Shown: positions 9,738-18,100 of the stretch, piece after piece
Position numbering within the stretch: the first letter of the stretch is position 1
Layout of the letters: each line of letters starts with the position of its first letter
Assembly: GCA_016187515.1 (NCBI GenBank)
Contig: JACPJN010000009.1
Coordinates: 68,891-132,890, forward strand
Length of the DNA stretch: 64,000 bases
Direction of reading: 5' to 3'
From: Candidatus Uhrbacteria bacterium
GTDB lineage: Bacteria > Patescibacteriota > Patescibacteriia > GWA2-47-26
The notes under the pieces: generated by a model
Seen by the model: the letters and a program-made list of their open reading frames with translations, nothing else
Told to the model about the DNA's origin: nothing
The model's database searches: none
Program-made: the position numbers and the translations under genes

Positions 9738-11072
9738 ATGTCGTACCTTTACAAAGTACTGTTCGTTTTCATGCTCGTCGGCGGATGCGGCGGAGTTGAG
9801 GAAGAAATTGATGGAGAAGGTTGGCAACGTGATCCGCTCGGAACTACTGAGAACCTGGTTTCTACGTGCGAGGAGTGCACCAATGTAGTCGCGATTGCGG
9901 TTGCAGCAACAATCGCCGCGGGATACGTTATCGGCCCGGGAGACGAGGCAACCGCTATATTTATGGGATTCGTTGCCTACCAACTCGTGACTCTCCAAAT
10001 TCCCGTCGAGTACGTTGCACAAGCTATACCCATCGCAATACAGCTTATCACCAATGGATTACGTGATGTCGTCGCGGTCATCTCCATGGCGCTATGTCGC
10101 GATACGCTGGCACTCTGTGAACCAATCCCGACACTGGATGAAACCGATTCGTCGGAAGATGTGGCGGTCGAACTCCAACCATGCACACCGAACTGGTCAT
10201 GCAACGCCTGGAGTGAGTGTGTGTTTCCGGGATTCCGCAGCCGCCTTTGTACAGATCTTGCCGGATGCGCGGGAACACCCCCGGTCGGCGCCACCTCAAC
10301 CACGCAAACCGAGCCGTGCGATCCTTGCGGCAATGGTTCGTGCGAGGACGGCGAAACCTGCACGAGTTGTCCGGCTGACTGCGGCACATGTCCCCCGCCG
10401 ACTTGCACACCGGCATGGAGCTGCAGCGGATGGTCAGCATGCTCATGTTCTGGCACCAGAACACGCACCTGCGCCGATCTCAATTCTTGCGGCACTGCCA
10501 CGGGACGCCCATCCATTACCTCTAGATGCGTGGTCTGTGGCAATGGCTCGTGCGATTGCGGCGAAACCTGCGCGAGTTGCTCTGGTGACTGCGGCGTTTG
10601 TCCGCCGCCGCCCTCTTGCACTTGCGCCGATGGGGATCGCGACGGACACTATGATCCGACCCGGTGCGGCGATTCCCGGTGCTCTCCTCGCGATGACTGC
10701 AACGACAGCAACGCGGCAATCTATGCCGGGGCGCCCGAGATCTGCAACGGCCTGGATGATAACTGTAATGGCACTGTTGACGAAAGTGGCGTATGTCCGC
10801 CGCCTGATCCAGAACCAGATCCTCCGGGGACCGGTGAAATTTGCGGTAACGACACGGACGACAATGGCAACGGCGACCCCTGGGACGGCTGCGAATGCCG
10901 CCCAATCTACGGCCAAAGTACGCGCTGTGTTGACGGGCGCTACTATGAGGCGTGCAATCGCGGCAACTGGCGCCGCGATAATGACTGCCTGGAATTCTGG
11001 CAATGTCCAGGGCGCGGCATCTGCGTCTTCCTGACCCGGCCGGATCCTTACGCCCAGTGTATTTGTCCCTGA
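9738..11072 (+). CDS. Cys-rich secreted putative lipoprotein with repeated CxPxWSC / CGNGSCExGETCxSCxxDCGxCPPP modules and a MopE-like putative metal-binding motif
   Basis: Signal peptide MSYLYKVLFVFMLVGGCGG with lipobox-like VGGC; strong SD AAAGGAGGA; DCNDSNAAIYAGAPEICNGLDDNCNGTVDE resembles the Myxococcus-type putative metal-binding repeat. Confidence 0.6.
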   Translation: MSYLYKVLFVFMLVGGCGGVEEEIDGEGWQRDPLGTTENLVSTCEECTNVVAIAVAATIAAGYVIGPGDEATAIFMGFVAYQLVTLQIPVEYVAQAIPIAIQLITNGLRDVVAVISMALCRDTLALCEPIPTLDETDSSEDVAVELQPCTPNWSCNAWSECVFPGFRSRLCTDLAGCAGTPPVGATSTTQTEPCDPCGNGSCEDGETCTSCPADCGTCPPPTCTPAWSCSGWSACSCSGTRTRTCADLNSCGTATGRPSITSRCVVCGNGSCDCGETCASCSGDCGVCPPPPSCTCADGDRDGHYDPTRCGDSRCSPRDDCNDSNAAIYAGAPEICNGLDDNCNGTVDESGVCPPPDPEPDPPGTGEICGNDTDDNGNGDPWDGCECRPIYGQSTRCVDGRYYEACNRGNWRRDNDCLEFWQCPGRGICVFLTRPDPYAQCICP

Positions 11073-11094
11073 AGTGCTTTTGCGAGTCCTTTCG

Positions 11095-11128
11095 CGGGAC
11101 GCGGAACCAACCTCCGCCATCCCGCTTT
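11095..11128 (+). terminator. intrinsic terminator
   Basis: GCGGGACGCGGAACCAACCTCCGCCATCCCGC hairpin followed by TTTTTTAA. Confidence 0.65.
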
Positions 11129-11147
11129 TTTAATAGGGAAATATAAA

Positions 11148-11180
11148 AAACAAGCGGTGTCCTCTCCACACCGCTTACGA
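11148..11180 (-). terminator. intrinsic terminator (convergent partner)
   Basis: Minus strand AAGCGGTGTGGAGAGGACACCGCTT hairpin followed by GTTTTTT. Confidence 0.6.
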
Positions 11181-11194
11181 ACAATAATCGCCTT

Positions 11195-11989
11195 TCACTG
11201 TGGCGCGCTGAAGTTCGGACCGGGCCAGTACCAGTCCGTCCCCAGGGCGTTTTCTCGGAGTATTCCTTGCGTCTGAAGCGCGCGCATAATCCGCGCGGTC
11301 TCGGAGCTGATCCAATCCGAGGATTGCGCGACAACGTGCGTCCTAATCAATTCCGCAAGGTCCCGACCGTTCAGGGGCCAGGTAATCTCCCCGCTTTTCG
11401 CGAGCTTGCGAAGATCCTCACAGACCAGCGTAAACGCATCGGCTACCCGGTGCTCAATTCGGGGCAACTCTTGCGGATCCGCCAATCTTGGCCCGGGCTG
11501 CGGAACCAATTTTGCGGTAGGGGCGGCCGCAGCACCTTCCGCCGCTTCGCTTGCCTTTCGCGGCCGCCCCCGCTTCCTGGCGCGCACCCCTTGACGAATT
11601 GCCTCCGCCAATGCGGGCGCGCTTACGCCGGCTTGAAAGACCTCTTCAAAAAGCGAGGCCGTGAGCGGATGCAGAGGATCGCCCGGCTGCTCACACACAA
11701 ACAAAGCGCCCTTTTGAATCAGATCCTCAACAATGGCCTGCGCAATTGTATATTCCGCGCCAGCGGTCTCCCTGGTCGCCCGCGCCACCGCTTGAATTAC
11801 TTCCTCCCGCGGCGCCGGCCAGCGCCGAATGAATCGCAGTTCATTCAGCGCGTCGCGCATTATCTCATCGCGCCCCATTATGTCACGCAGGTCCCTCGCC
11901 AACGCCTCTGCTCCGGGGTTGGTGTCATTCATGGTGTCATTCATGGTGAACCTCGGCGTAATTTGGTTGGAAATGAACAAACCACCCAC
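11195..11989 (-). CDS. hypothetical protein with an AT-hook-like RKRGRPRK segment
   Basis: 264-aa ORF downstream of the graspetide operon; no family recognised; the start could be the MNDTMNDT repeat at about 11944. Confidence 0.5.
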   Translation of the reverse strand: MGGLFISNQITPRFTMNDTMNDTNPGAEALARDLRDIMGRDEIMRDALNELRFIRRWPAPREEVIQAVARATRETAGAEYTIAQAIVEDLIQKGALFVCEQPGDPLHPLTASLFEEVFQAGVSAPALAEAIRQGVRARKRGRPRKASEAAEGAAAAPTAKLVPQPGPRLADPQELPRIEHRVADAFTLVCEDLRKLAKSGEITWPLNGRDLAELIRTHVVAQSSDWISSETARIMRALQTQGILRENALGTDWYWPGPNFSAPQ

Positions 11990-12115
11990 ATCATAATACC
12001 GCGCTTAAGAAAAGTCAAACCCGCCGTTATTGAAGAGTATGCAAAAACCGATAGGCATAGCAAAAAAAGTGGCCATCGCGGGGATGACCACTGGGGGCGG
12101 TTGCTGACGACCGAG

Positions 12116-12265
12116 TTACCGGTCGATCCAGCCGGGCTTCCGCTCGCGCTTGCAGTTGGGACAGCAGGGATAACCGGTGTTCTCCCGGCATGCCTGCCTG
12201 CCGTGCCTGCGGCAACCTTCGCACAGGCCGGTCCCGTTGCACTGACTGCAGATTTCTCGGGCCAT
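12116..12265 (-). CDS. 49-aa Cys-rich peptide (8 Cys, two CxxCxGxG-type motifs)
   Basis: MAREICSQCNGTGLCEGCRRHGRQACRENTGYPCCPNCKRERKPGWIDR preceded by a strong SD ACAAGGAGAAAG; the track ORF (to 12424) contains it. Confidence 0.6.
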   Translation of the reverse strand: MAREICSQCNGTGLCEGCRRHGRQACRENTGYPCCPNCKRERKPGWIDR

Positions 12266-12320
12266 GTTCTTTCTCCTTGTTTTGCGCTCAATGAGCGCGT
12301 TATTCCGCGGATTCCTCGCG

Positions 12321-12527
12321 CTACGGCCCGCCTTCGTCGCCGGTCCAAGGCGTATAGTCGCTGCGCGTGTTGTCCTGCCCCCCGATCGTGAATCCATCAA
12401 GCGAGTGGTGGGCTTCGAGCACACACCGCTGCTCCCGCGGGTCGTAGATGCACGCGGGTTTTACCGGAGTGGGCAGGACCTCTCCGAAGTGAAGCGAGAA
12501 GGGTTTTGTGGTTTCTGTGATTGGCAT
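12321..12527 (-). CDS. graspetide precursor peptide B (leader PFSLHFGEV; core ...GFTIGGQDNTRSDYTPWTGDEGGP)
   Basis: 68 aa; SD AAAGGAGAAA 6 nt upstream; leader motif KPFSLHFGEVLP...YDP..Q.C is paralogous to precursor A and resembles the microviridin PFFARFL leader; C-terminus rich in Thr/Ser and Asp/Glu. Confidence 0.7.
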   Translation of the reverse strand: MPITETTKPFSLHFGEVLPTPVKPACIYDPREQRCVLEAHHSLDGFTIGGQDNTRSDYTPWTGDEGGP

Positions 12528-12548
12528 GTGGATTTCTCCTTTTTGTGG

Positions 12549-12782
12549 CTAGTCGTTACGCGTAACATACTGATCGTCGTAGTCCTCGTAGCCGGTTAGT
12601 CCACTGTAGGATGTGGTACTGTTCTGGAACGACTGACTCTTCATGGTACCGGCAAAGAGCTCTCCTCCTTCCTCGCACTGGGTTACCGGATCGTACCGAT
12701 GCGTCGGCGCCGGCATCGGTTCCACCGCTTCCATGAAGTGGAAGAGGAAAGGACGCCGTGGGTTCGCGTTCGTCGCGTTCAT
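12549..12782 (-). CDS. graspetide precursor peptide A (leader PFLFHFMEAV; core ...STTSYSGLTGYEDYDDQYVTRND)
   Basis: 77 aa; RRPFLFHFMEAVEP...YDPVTQC leader paralogous to peptide B; C-terminal Thr/Ser plus Asp/Glu-rich core. Confidence 0.7.
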   Translation of the reverse strand: MNATNANPRRPFLFHFMEAVEPMPAPTHRYDPVTQCEEGGELFAGTMKSQSFQNSTTSYSGLTGYEDYDDQYVTRND

Positions 12783-12794
12783 TGTTGACCCCGT

Positions 12795-13031
12795 TCAGTC
12801 CGCTGATGCGGCATCGAGGAAGTCAAGATGCCCGCTTCCTCCGCAGCGCCCACATTCCGCGCTCTCGGTGCTCTGGCTTCGGATAACATACTCGGATTGT
12901 TTGCGGGAGATGCGACCGAGCCCTGCGCACGTCGGGCACTTGTATCTCCCGCGATCAGGACACCCGGAATCCTGACACAGTTTCAACGGCGGTCCAAAGG
13001 GGTTGAACGCAGCGATGATTTTTCCGATCAT
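12795..13031 (-). CDS. 78-aa Cys-rich zinc-ribbon-like peptide (CxxxxC, CPTCAGLG, CGRCGGSG)
   Basis: ATG at 13031 overlaps the ATP-grasp stop (ATGA coupling); the track gives a GTG start at 13052; contains an FNPFGPP motif. Confidence 0.55.
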   Translation of the reverse strand: MIGKIIAAFNPFGPPLKLCQDSGCPDRGRYKCPTCAGLGRISRKQSEYVIRSQSTESAECGRCGGSGHLDFLDAASAD

Positions 13032-14026
13032 GTTGCACCTCCTTGTTTCCACGCAAGAAGCTCAACCAACGCATCCGTCATTGGAAGCTTTGTGAGCTCC
13101 TCAAGCCAAAGCCATTGACCGTTAGGGTTGATTTCAAGAAACACCCACTCACCGTCCGGAGTAAAGATAAGATCAATCGCCCCGAAATTGAGTCCGTATC
13201 GGCGCACCATCTCACGACAACGCGCCTCCACTTCAGATGGCAAGGTAATCGCGCTGTGTAGGGTATGCTCAAAGTCATAGTGACGCCAATCGATCCTTGT
13301 CTTCTCGCTTTCCTGCGAGTCAATCCGCACCGCGAACACCTTATCTCCGATGATCGTTACCCGCGCCTCGTACTGCTTATCCACATACTGCTGGAACAAG
13401 TGCGGCGCAAAACGAATCGTGTCTGCATGCGAAAGAGCATCTTCGCCCACCACGCTCGTGAAAATCGCCGTATCCAGCGGAATCGTCGCCGGCCCACGGC
13501 CAGCGATTTTCACGATCACGCGCCCCTGATGCGCACTCCAAAATCCGCGAAACGTTTCCGGATTGTTGGTGACAAGCGTCTCGGGCGTCTGAAATCCCAG
13601 TTCACGCGCGAGCATGAGCTGGTGCAGTTTGTATTGTGCGGCGTGAAGCGCGTCTGGATGACTGACCCAGACGATGTCCGAAAGACACCTATACAGTCCT
13701 TGCAGGACGTAATGGCACTCGTCGCGCACAAAGGTCTGGACACCAGCGTCAACGATCTCGTCATGAACGACTGCATCCGAAGGCCGCCGATACCAACACG
13801 ATCGAATACAATCCGGCGTCAGCGTGCGCCCGTGATAGCGCAGTTCCCATTGTTCACCACGCCATTCAACCATGATCTCGCGCGGTAAATCCTCGGTATT
13901 GAGACGAAATACCGGAATGTCGCGCTCGTTGAATACTTTGATTACACGACTCGCATGCTCATCGTAACGGTTCGTTACGATAAGCACCGTATCCCGTGCT
14001 CTCATGATTTCTCCTTGGTTTGTCAA
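13028..14026 (-). CDS. ATP-grasp ribosomal peptide maturase (MdnC/MvdD microviridin-type ligase family)
   Basis: 332 aa; TVLIVTNRYDEH, FRLNTEDLP, WYRRP, ETLVTNNPE, FTSVVGEDAL, RVTIIGDKVFAVRIDSQ...IDWR, LNFGAIDLIFTPDGEWVFLEINPNGQWLWLE align block-by-block with MdnC as I recall it; SD AAGGAGAAATC. Confidence 0.85.
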   Translation of the reverse strand: MTNQGEIMRARDTVLIVTNRYDEHASRVIKVFNERDIPVFRLNTEDLPREIMVEWRGEQWELRYHGRTLTPDCIRSCWYRRPSDAVVHDEIVDAGVQTFVRDECHYVLQGLYRCLSDIVWVSHPDALHAAQYKLHQLMLARELGFQTPETLVTNNPETFRGFWSAHQGRVIVKIAGRGPATIPLDTAIFTSVVGEDALSHADTIRFAPHLFQQYVDKQYEARVTIIGDKVFAVRIDSQESEKTRIDWRHYDFEHTLHSAITLPSEVEARCREMVRRYGLNFGAIDLIFTPDGEWVFLEINPNGQWLWLEELTKLPMTDALVELLAWKQGGAT

Positions 14027-14046
14027 AGAGCGGAATGCTCTTCAAC
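14017..14046. promoter_or_regulatory. conserved 28-bp palindromic motif TTGTCAAAGAGCGGAATGCTCTTCAACT immediately upstream of the ATP-grasp SD
   Basis: AAGAGC-GGAAT-GCTCTT inverted repeat; a near-identical copy (1 mismatch) lies at about 36937-36967 upstream of another minus-strand operon. Confidence 0.6.
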
Positions 14047-14186
14047 TGTTGCAGGTGTTTCAGCCCTTGTCTTTCCTTATCATCCTTCTTCGCGCCGATG
14101 AAACATAGATACAAGGAAAGACAACGAGTGAAAACGAAAATCCACCGAAACTTTCCGGTGGACTCTCAAGAAACTATCTCCCTTTT

Positions 14187-15125
14187 TCATTTTTTCTTTT
14201 TCTCCCTCGACTTTCCGGCCATCTGCCAGGCCATTTCGAAAAGAAGTTTCATCACTTCGAAGACCGGACCGCCGCGCACTATCAAGCCAACCATCTCTCC
14301 TCCTTTCCAGGCAAACGCGACCTCCTTGCCATAAATATATACCGCGCACGCGAAATGCAGATCCGGGGGCAAATAACGTGTTTCTCGATTTTCCTTTTTA
14401 TCGCGCTCGTGAAGACGCGCCGCAAAGAGTTCGCGGGCATGAAGACACCGCGCCTTGATTCCACGCTTCACCCGTTCCGGAATGTAAATCATCTCGTCGT
14501 AATCCGGATCATTGGCAGGATGAAAAAAATCCGTCGCCTCAATATAATAGTTTGTCGATCCCGCCGGCACGTCTAAGCTTCGCTCCGCTATCCGCTCCAT
14601 CACTTCATCACCGCGCAAAACCATCAACCCTTCAAAATTCACTCGCGAAGTTCCTTCCTGATCACCGGCACAGGCCAACAATTTAGGAATAATATCCTCA
14701 ATCCGCCAGCGTACCTTGGTGGCGAACTTTTGATGTCCTTGCGCGAGCGCTTGAAGATTTTCAAGCGGTGCAGGATATATCAGACGACTGGCGCGCATCC
14801 CTTCCTGCACGATCAATCCCTGTTCAACCAGTCGCTTAATTGCTCCATACGCATTAACCCGATGTACATGCGCGCGCCGCGCAACATTGTTGATATTCGC
14901 CGGACCTAAACTTAGGGATGCCAGATAGCACTTTACTTCATTCCTTGAGAGACCTAATTTTTCAAGGAGCGCGATAATGCTCCGATCGCGCATGAGGTCT
15001 TCAGTTTCTGGCGTTTTGTTTTTCCGGACTATTGAAGTATTATCGTCTGCCATAAGCGTATGATAGCGCGGGATACTAGTCAAAATTTTTGCTGCCCAAT
15101 TCCTTAGTGGCCAGCCAAAGCCCAA
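14187..15125 (-). CDS. TrmB-like winged-HTH transcriptional regulator (paralog 2); likely start at about 15053 (MADDN) or 14993
   Basis: IIALLEKLGLSRNEVKCYLASLSLGPANINNVARRAHVHRVNAYGAIKRLVEQGLI HTH; C-terminal domain homologous to 8702..9547; the start at 15125 is TTG in the track. Confidence 0.65.
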   Translation of the reverse strand: MGFGWPLRNWAAKILTSIPRYHTLMADDNTSIVRKNKTPETEDLMRDRSIIALLEKLGLSRNEVKCYLASLSLGPANINNVARRAHVHRVNAYGAIKRLVEQGLIVQEGMRASRLIYPAPLENLQALAQGHQKFATKVRWRIEDIIPKLLACAGDQEGTSRVNFEGLMVLRGDEVMERIAERSLDVPAGSTNYYIEATDFFHPANDPDYDEMIYIPERVKRGIKARCLHARELFAARLHERDKKENRETRYLPPDLHFACAVYIYGKEVAFAWKGGEMVGLIVRGGPVFEVMKLLFEMAWQMAGKSREKKKK

Positions 15126-15338
15126 TAGCCACGGAGAAATTTAACCCTTATGGTTGTAGTATAGCATGCTACAACAGTGATATACAAAAGCGGTGCGCTC
15201 TTTTTGAACGCACGCGCCAACTGCGCCCCAATTCGGGCGTCTAGGGATTAGTAGTAAAGGACCCCGTGGCAAGCCACGGGGCATTGAATGGAGCGAGCTA
15301 CGCTCGCTCATACGCCCCGACCGCGGTCGGGGCGGCAT

Positions 15339-15728
15339 TCAACCTTTGATCCCGCGGCGTTCGTCGGAAATGTCCTCCGATCGGAATCGGAGTCCATTTC
15401 TCGCCTCACTTGCGGGAGTAATTTTTTCAATCCTTACCTTAGTAAACTCTTGCCGATGTCCTTTTTTCCTCTTGTACCGCACCTTGCGCTTGTATTTGAT
15501 AACCGTTACTTTCGGCGCCCGCCCCTGCTCTAAAATCGCGGCCTCAACTTTTGCGCCGGCCACGGTTGGCGTTCCCACTTTCACTTCCCCGCCATTGGCA
15601 TCGCCCATCAGCAATACCTGATCAAACACCGCCTGATCACCTTGATTTCCGGGCAGCTTTTCTACTTTAAGAATCGTCCCCGCTTGCACAATATACTGTT
15701 TCCCTCCGGTTTTGATGACAGCGATCAT
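15339..15728 (-). CDS. rplU: 50S ribosomal protein L21 (with a C-terminal extension of about 25 aa)
   Basis: MIAVIKTGGKQYIVQAGTILKVEKL...KVTVIKYKRKVRYKRKKGHRQEFTKV; the track ORF extends to 15851 but M at 15728 matches the L21 N-terminus. Confidence 0.85.
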   Translation of the reverse strand: MIAVIKTGGKQYIVQAGTILKVEKLPGNQGDQAVFDQVLLMGDANGGEVKVGTPTVAGAKVEAAILEQGRAPKVTVIKYKRKVRYKRKKGHRQEFTKVRIEKITPASEARNGLRFRSEDISDERRGIKG

Positions 15729-15934
15729 ATAGCATGGATGGTTACCCTCACCGCGTTCCTCTCCCCAAGGGAGAGGATGGCCGCAGGCCAGGTGAGGGGG
15801 CAATGGAATTACGAGTGGGAAAATTCTACCATACCCCCGGAATCCTGTCAAACAACAATGTACACCGCAAAAAAAACCGGTTCGTTGAGCTACGAACCGG
15901 TACGCGGCGCGGACGGACTTAGCCGTACTCGCGA

Positions 15935-17467
15935 TTAAGACGCCTTCAATGCGCGGTGGACATCCGGCTTGACGCCGTCAGCCCAAAAATCCTCCACATC
16001 AATCGGCGCGCGGCATCGCGTCTTAAGCGGCGGTCCGGTTCCCGCAAGCGTATATCCGCGGCGAAGCCGACTCGCGCGCCAAGCCGTTTCCGTAAGAGTT
16101 CTGTAGACATTGCGCAAGACCCGGTCCGGACGGAACCCGATGGACCTCGCCAGCGCCATCTCCGCGAACTTTCCTTCGGAAAGATCTCCAAACCAGTAAG
16201 CGCGCGCCAGAATCCGGCCGCGCGGGCTAAAGAAATTCTGGCGATCAATCTCCAGGAGTTCGCCGCGCGGGGATCGGCTCTCCAGATGCGTGAGCCAACT
16301 GCCAAACGCGTCCCAGGTGAAAACCCGTTCACCCCGCTGCGCTTCAATCGCGGCGCGCGCCGCGCTGCGCAGATACTCAATATCCGGCTCGGGCAAAACC
16401 GTCTTAACCAGACCGGCGCTGCGCATTTTTATGGTACTCTGCACCTGCGCTTGGCGGGCCATCTCTCTGACGATGCCAAACCGGCTGCCGATTTCTTCCA
16501 AACTCCAGCCCATCAGATGCAAAACCACAATCTCTCGTCCACGCGACTCAACATCATGCAAACGTTGGAGAAAAGCCGGACTAAGCAGTAACTCCGGAGA
16601 AACCTCAAATTTCGGCTCCGGATCAGCTGCCGCCTCGGCCAAACGATCGCCGACAGTCAGACCTTCACAGCCGCTTATCGGCGCCTCCAGCGAAACCTCG
16701 CGCAGCAGCATAGCATTCTCAATACTGCTGGCCAACTTCTCGGACACACCAAGCTTTTTCCTGATCTCTTCGCGCGTGGGTTTCCGACCAAGCCGTTGAC
16801 CAAGCGCTTTGGCCGTGAATTGGTACTGTACTATTGCATCCACCTTGTGCACCGGAATACGGACCGCCCTTTCCTTGTCTTTAAGCGCCCGGTAAATACC
16901 GGATCTGATCCACCAAGTGGCATAGGTTGAAAACTGAAATCCGCGGCCGGGTTCAAAGCGATCAAAGGCCCGCTCCAGTCCGAGCCATCCTTCCATAAAC
17001 AGGTCTTCCGCGCCCATGTGCCAGACCCGCCTTCTCCGCATTGCCCAGAAAACCAGTTTGGCAACCCATCTGGAGCACGAGATCAGCAGGCGCTCTCGCG
17101 CTTCTTTGTCGCCTTGCTGGCCGCGCCGGATCAGCTCCCGCTGCTCGTCACGCGACAGCCGAGGATTGTTGTCCAGTATGGCCCGCAGGCCCGGTGAAAA
17201 CTCCCGCTGTGTGCGCCGCTTCTCTGCGGCGCCCCAGGAGTCAAGATCAACGGCCTCCTTACCCTGCTCAAGGATCCGCTTATGCGAAACAATGGAAACG
17301 CGCTCGCTCAAAAGCGCGGCTCTGACCGCCTTGAGCGCCGCCGTTTGCACCGCTGGCAAAATCGTCCTGGGAAAGAGCGAACGGATGACCTCCTCCGAGA
17401 TCATGCCGCCCGCGCTATGGGCCAAGGCCTGCGCCTCAGCAACAATGTCCGCGTGCATGATCTCCAT
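15935..17467 (-). CDS. RNA polymerase sigma-70 family factor with a C-terminal extension of about 165 aa
   Basis: Region 2 FSTYATWWIRSGIYRAL, region 3, and region 4 IVVLHLMGWSLEEIGSRFGIVREMARQAQ; 510 aa, the last about 165 aa have no sigma homology. Confidence 0.8.
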   Translation of the reverse strand: MEIMHADIVAEAQALAHSAGGMISEEVIRSLFPRTILPAVQTAALKAVRAALLSERVSIVSHKRILEQGKEAVDLDSWGAAEKRRTQREFSPGLRAILDNNPRLSRDEQRELIRRGQQGDKEARERLLISCSRWVAKLVFWAMRRRRVWHMGAEDLFMEGWLGLERAFDRFEPGRGFQFSTYATWWIRSGIYRALKDKERAVRIPVHKVDAIVQYQFTAKALGQRLGRKPTREEIRKKLGVSEKLASSIENAMLLREVSLEAPISGCEGLTVGDRLAEAAADPEPKFEVSPELLLSPAFLQRLHDVESRGREIVVLHLMGWSLEEIGSRFGIVREMARQAQVQSTIKMRSAGLVKTVLPEPDIEYLRSAARAAIEAQRGERVFTWDAFGSWLTHLESRSPRGELLEIDRQNFFSPRGRILARAYWFGDLSEGKFAEMALARSIGFRPDRVLRNVYRTLTETAWRASRLRRGYTLAGTGPPLKTRCRAPIDVEDFWADGVKPDVHRALKAS

Positions 17468-17619
17468 TTTGCCCTCCGTTTTCGTTTTGCGTCAGAAAAC
17501 GCAAACTGCATTATACTACATCCTTCAAAAAATGCAAACTCCTTCCCAAAGAAAAACCGGACACGCGAGGCGTATCCGGGGCGCGGCGCGAACACCGCAA
17601 AACCAAAACAAAGAGCAAA

Positions 17620-17975
17620 ACGGGAAAGGGGTTGGGCAGTGTGTTGACCTGCGGATTGTTTAAAGCCGCGGACCTGGGAATGGACAAACGCGGCTCAAGG
17701 AGAGCGGAGGTTTGGCAGACCTCCTCAATCCGCCACTGCGAGATTCCCTTACCCGAGCGAGATGCCTTCCGTCTCCAGGATGCGAGGCCCGGCTGCGGTA
17801 ATTTCCCGCTAATCTCAACGCTTGACGCGGCATGCGTACCCGCCCGGGCGCACCTTGCCGCATGGACGCGTTCCGGTCCGCCGACTTTCTTTCAAAGGCC
17901 GGCGAACGTCCCGCGCGCGCAGGACTACCATACACCTAGCCTTGAACCTGCCGTATTTCCCCACGCGCGCGCGTA
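17620..17975 (-). ncRNA. rnpB: candidate RNase P RNA (bacterial rnpB-like)
   Basis: 630-bp GC-rich noncoding gap; the minus strand carries GAAAGAAAGUCGGCGGACC ... GGUCCGCGGCUU able to form a P4-like bulged helix about 225 nt apart, a CR-I-like stretch GUCCAUGCGGCAAGGUGCGCC (compare E. coli GCUCCAUAGGGCAGGGUGCC), a GGGUAAGGGAA CR-II-like stretch and a P3-like hairpin; not fully folded by hand. Confidence 0.4.
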
Positions 17976-18100
17976 AAGCGGATTAGGGCGGTTGACCCGA
18001 GTTACTTCTCGATCCGCCCCAGCCCGCAACAGTAGGTATAGTACCGCACTCACCATCCTGACGTCAAATGATCCGGACGCGCAAAATTAAAACTCCCCAG

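Noticed and set aside
17470-18100. tmRNA, SRP RNA or 6S RNA in the long intergenic gap
   Set aside because: No tRNA-like 5'/3' ends with a GGUUCGA T-loop, no GGAAGGAAGCAGC SRP domain IV motif; only RNase P-like motifs were found.
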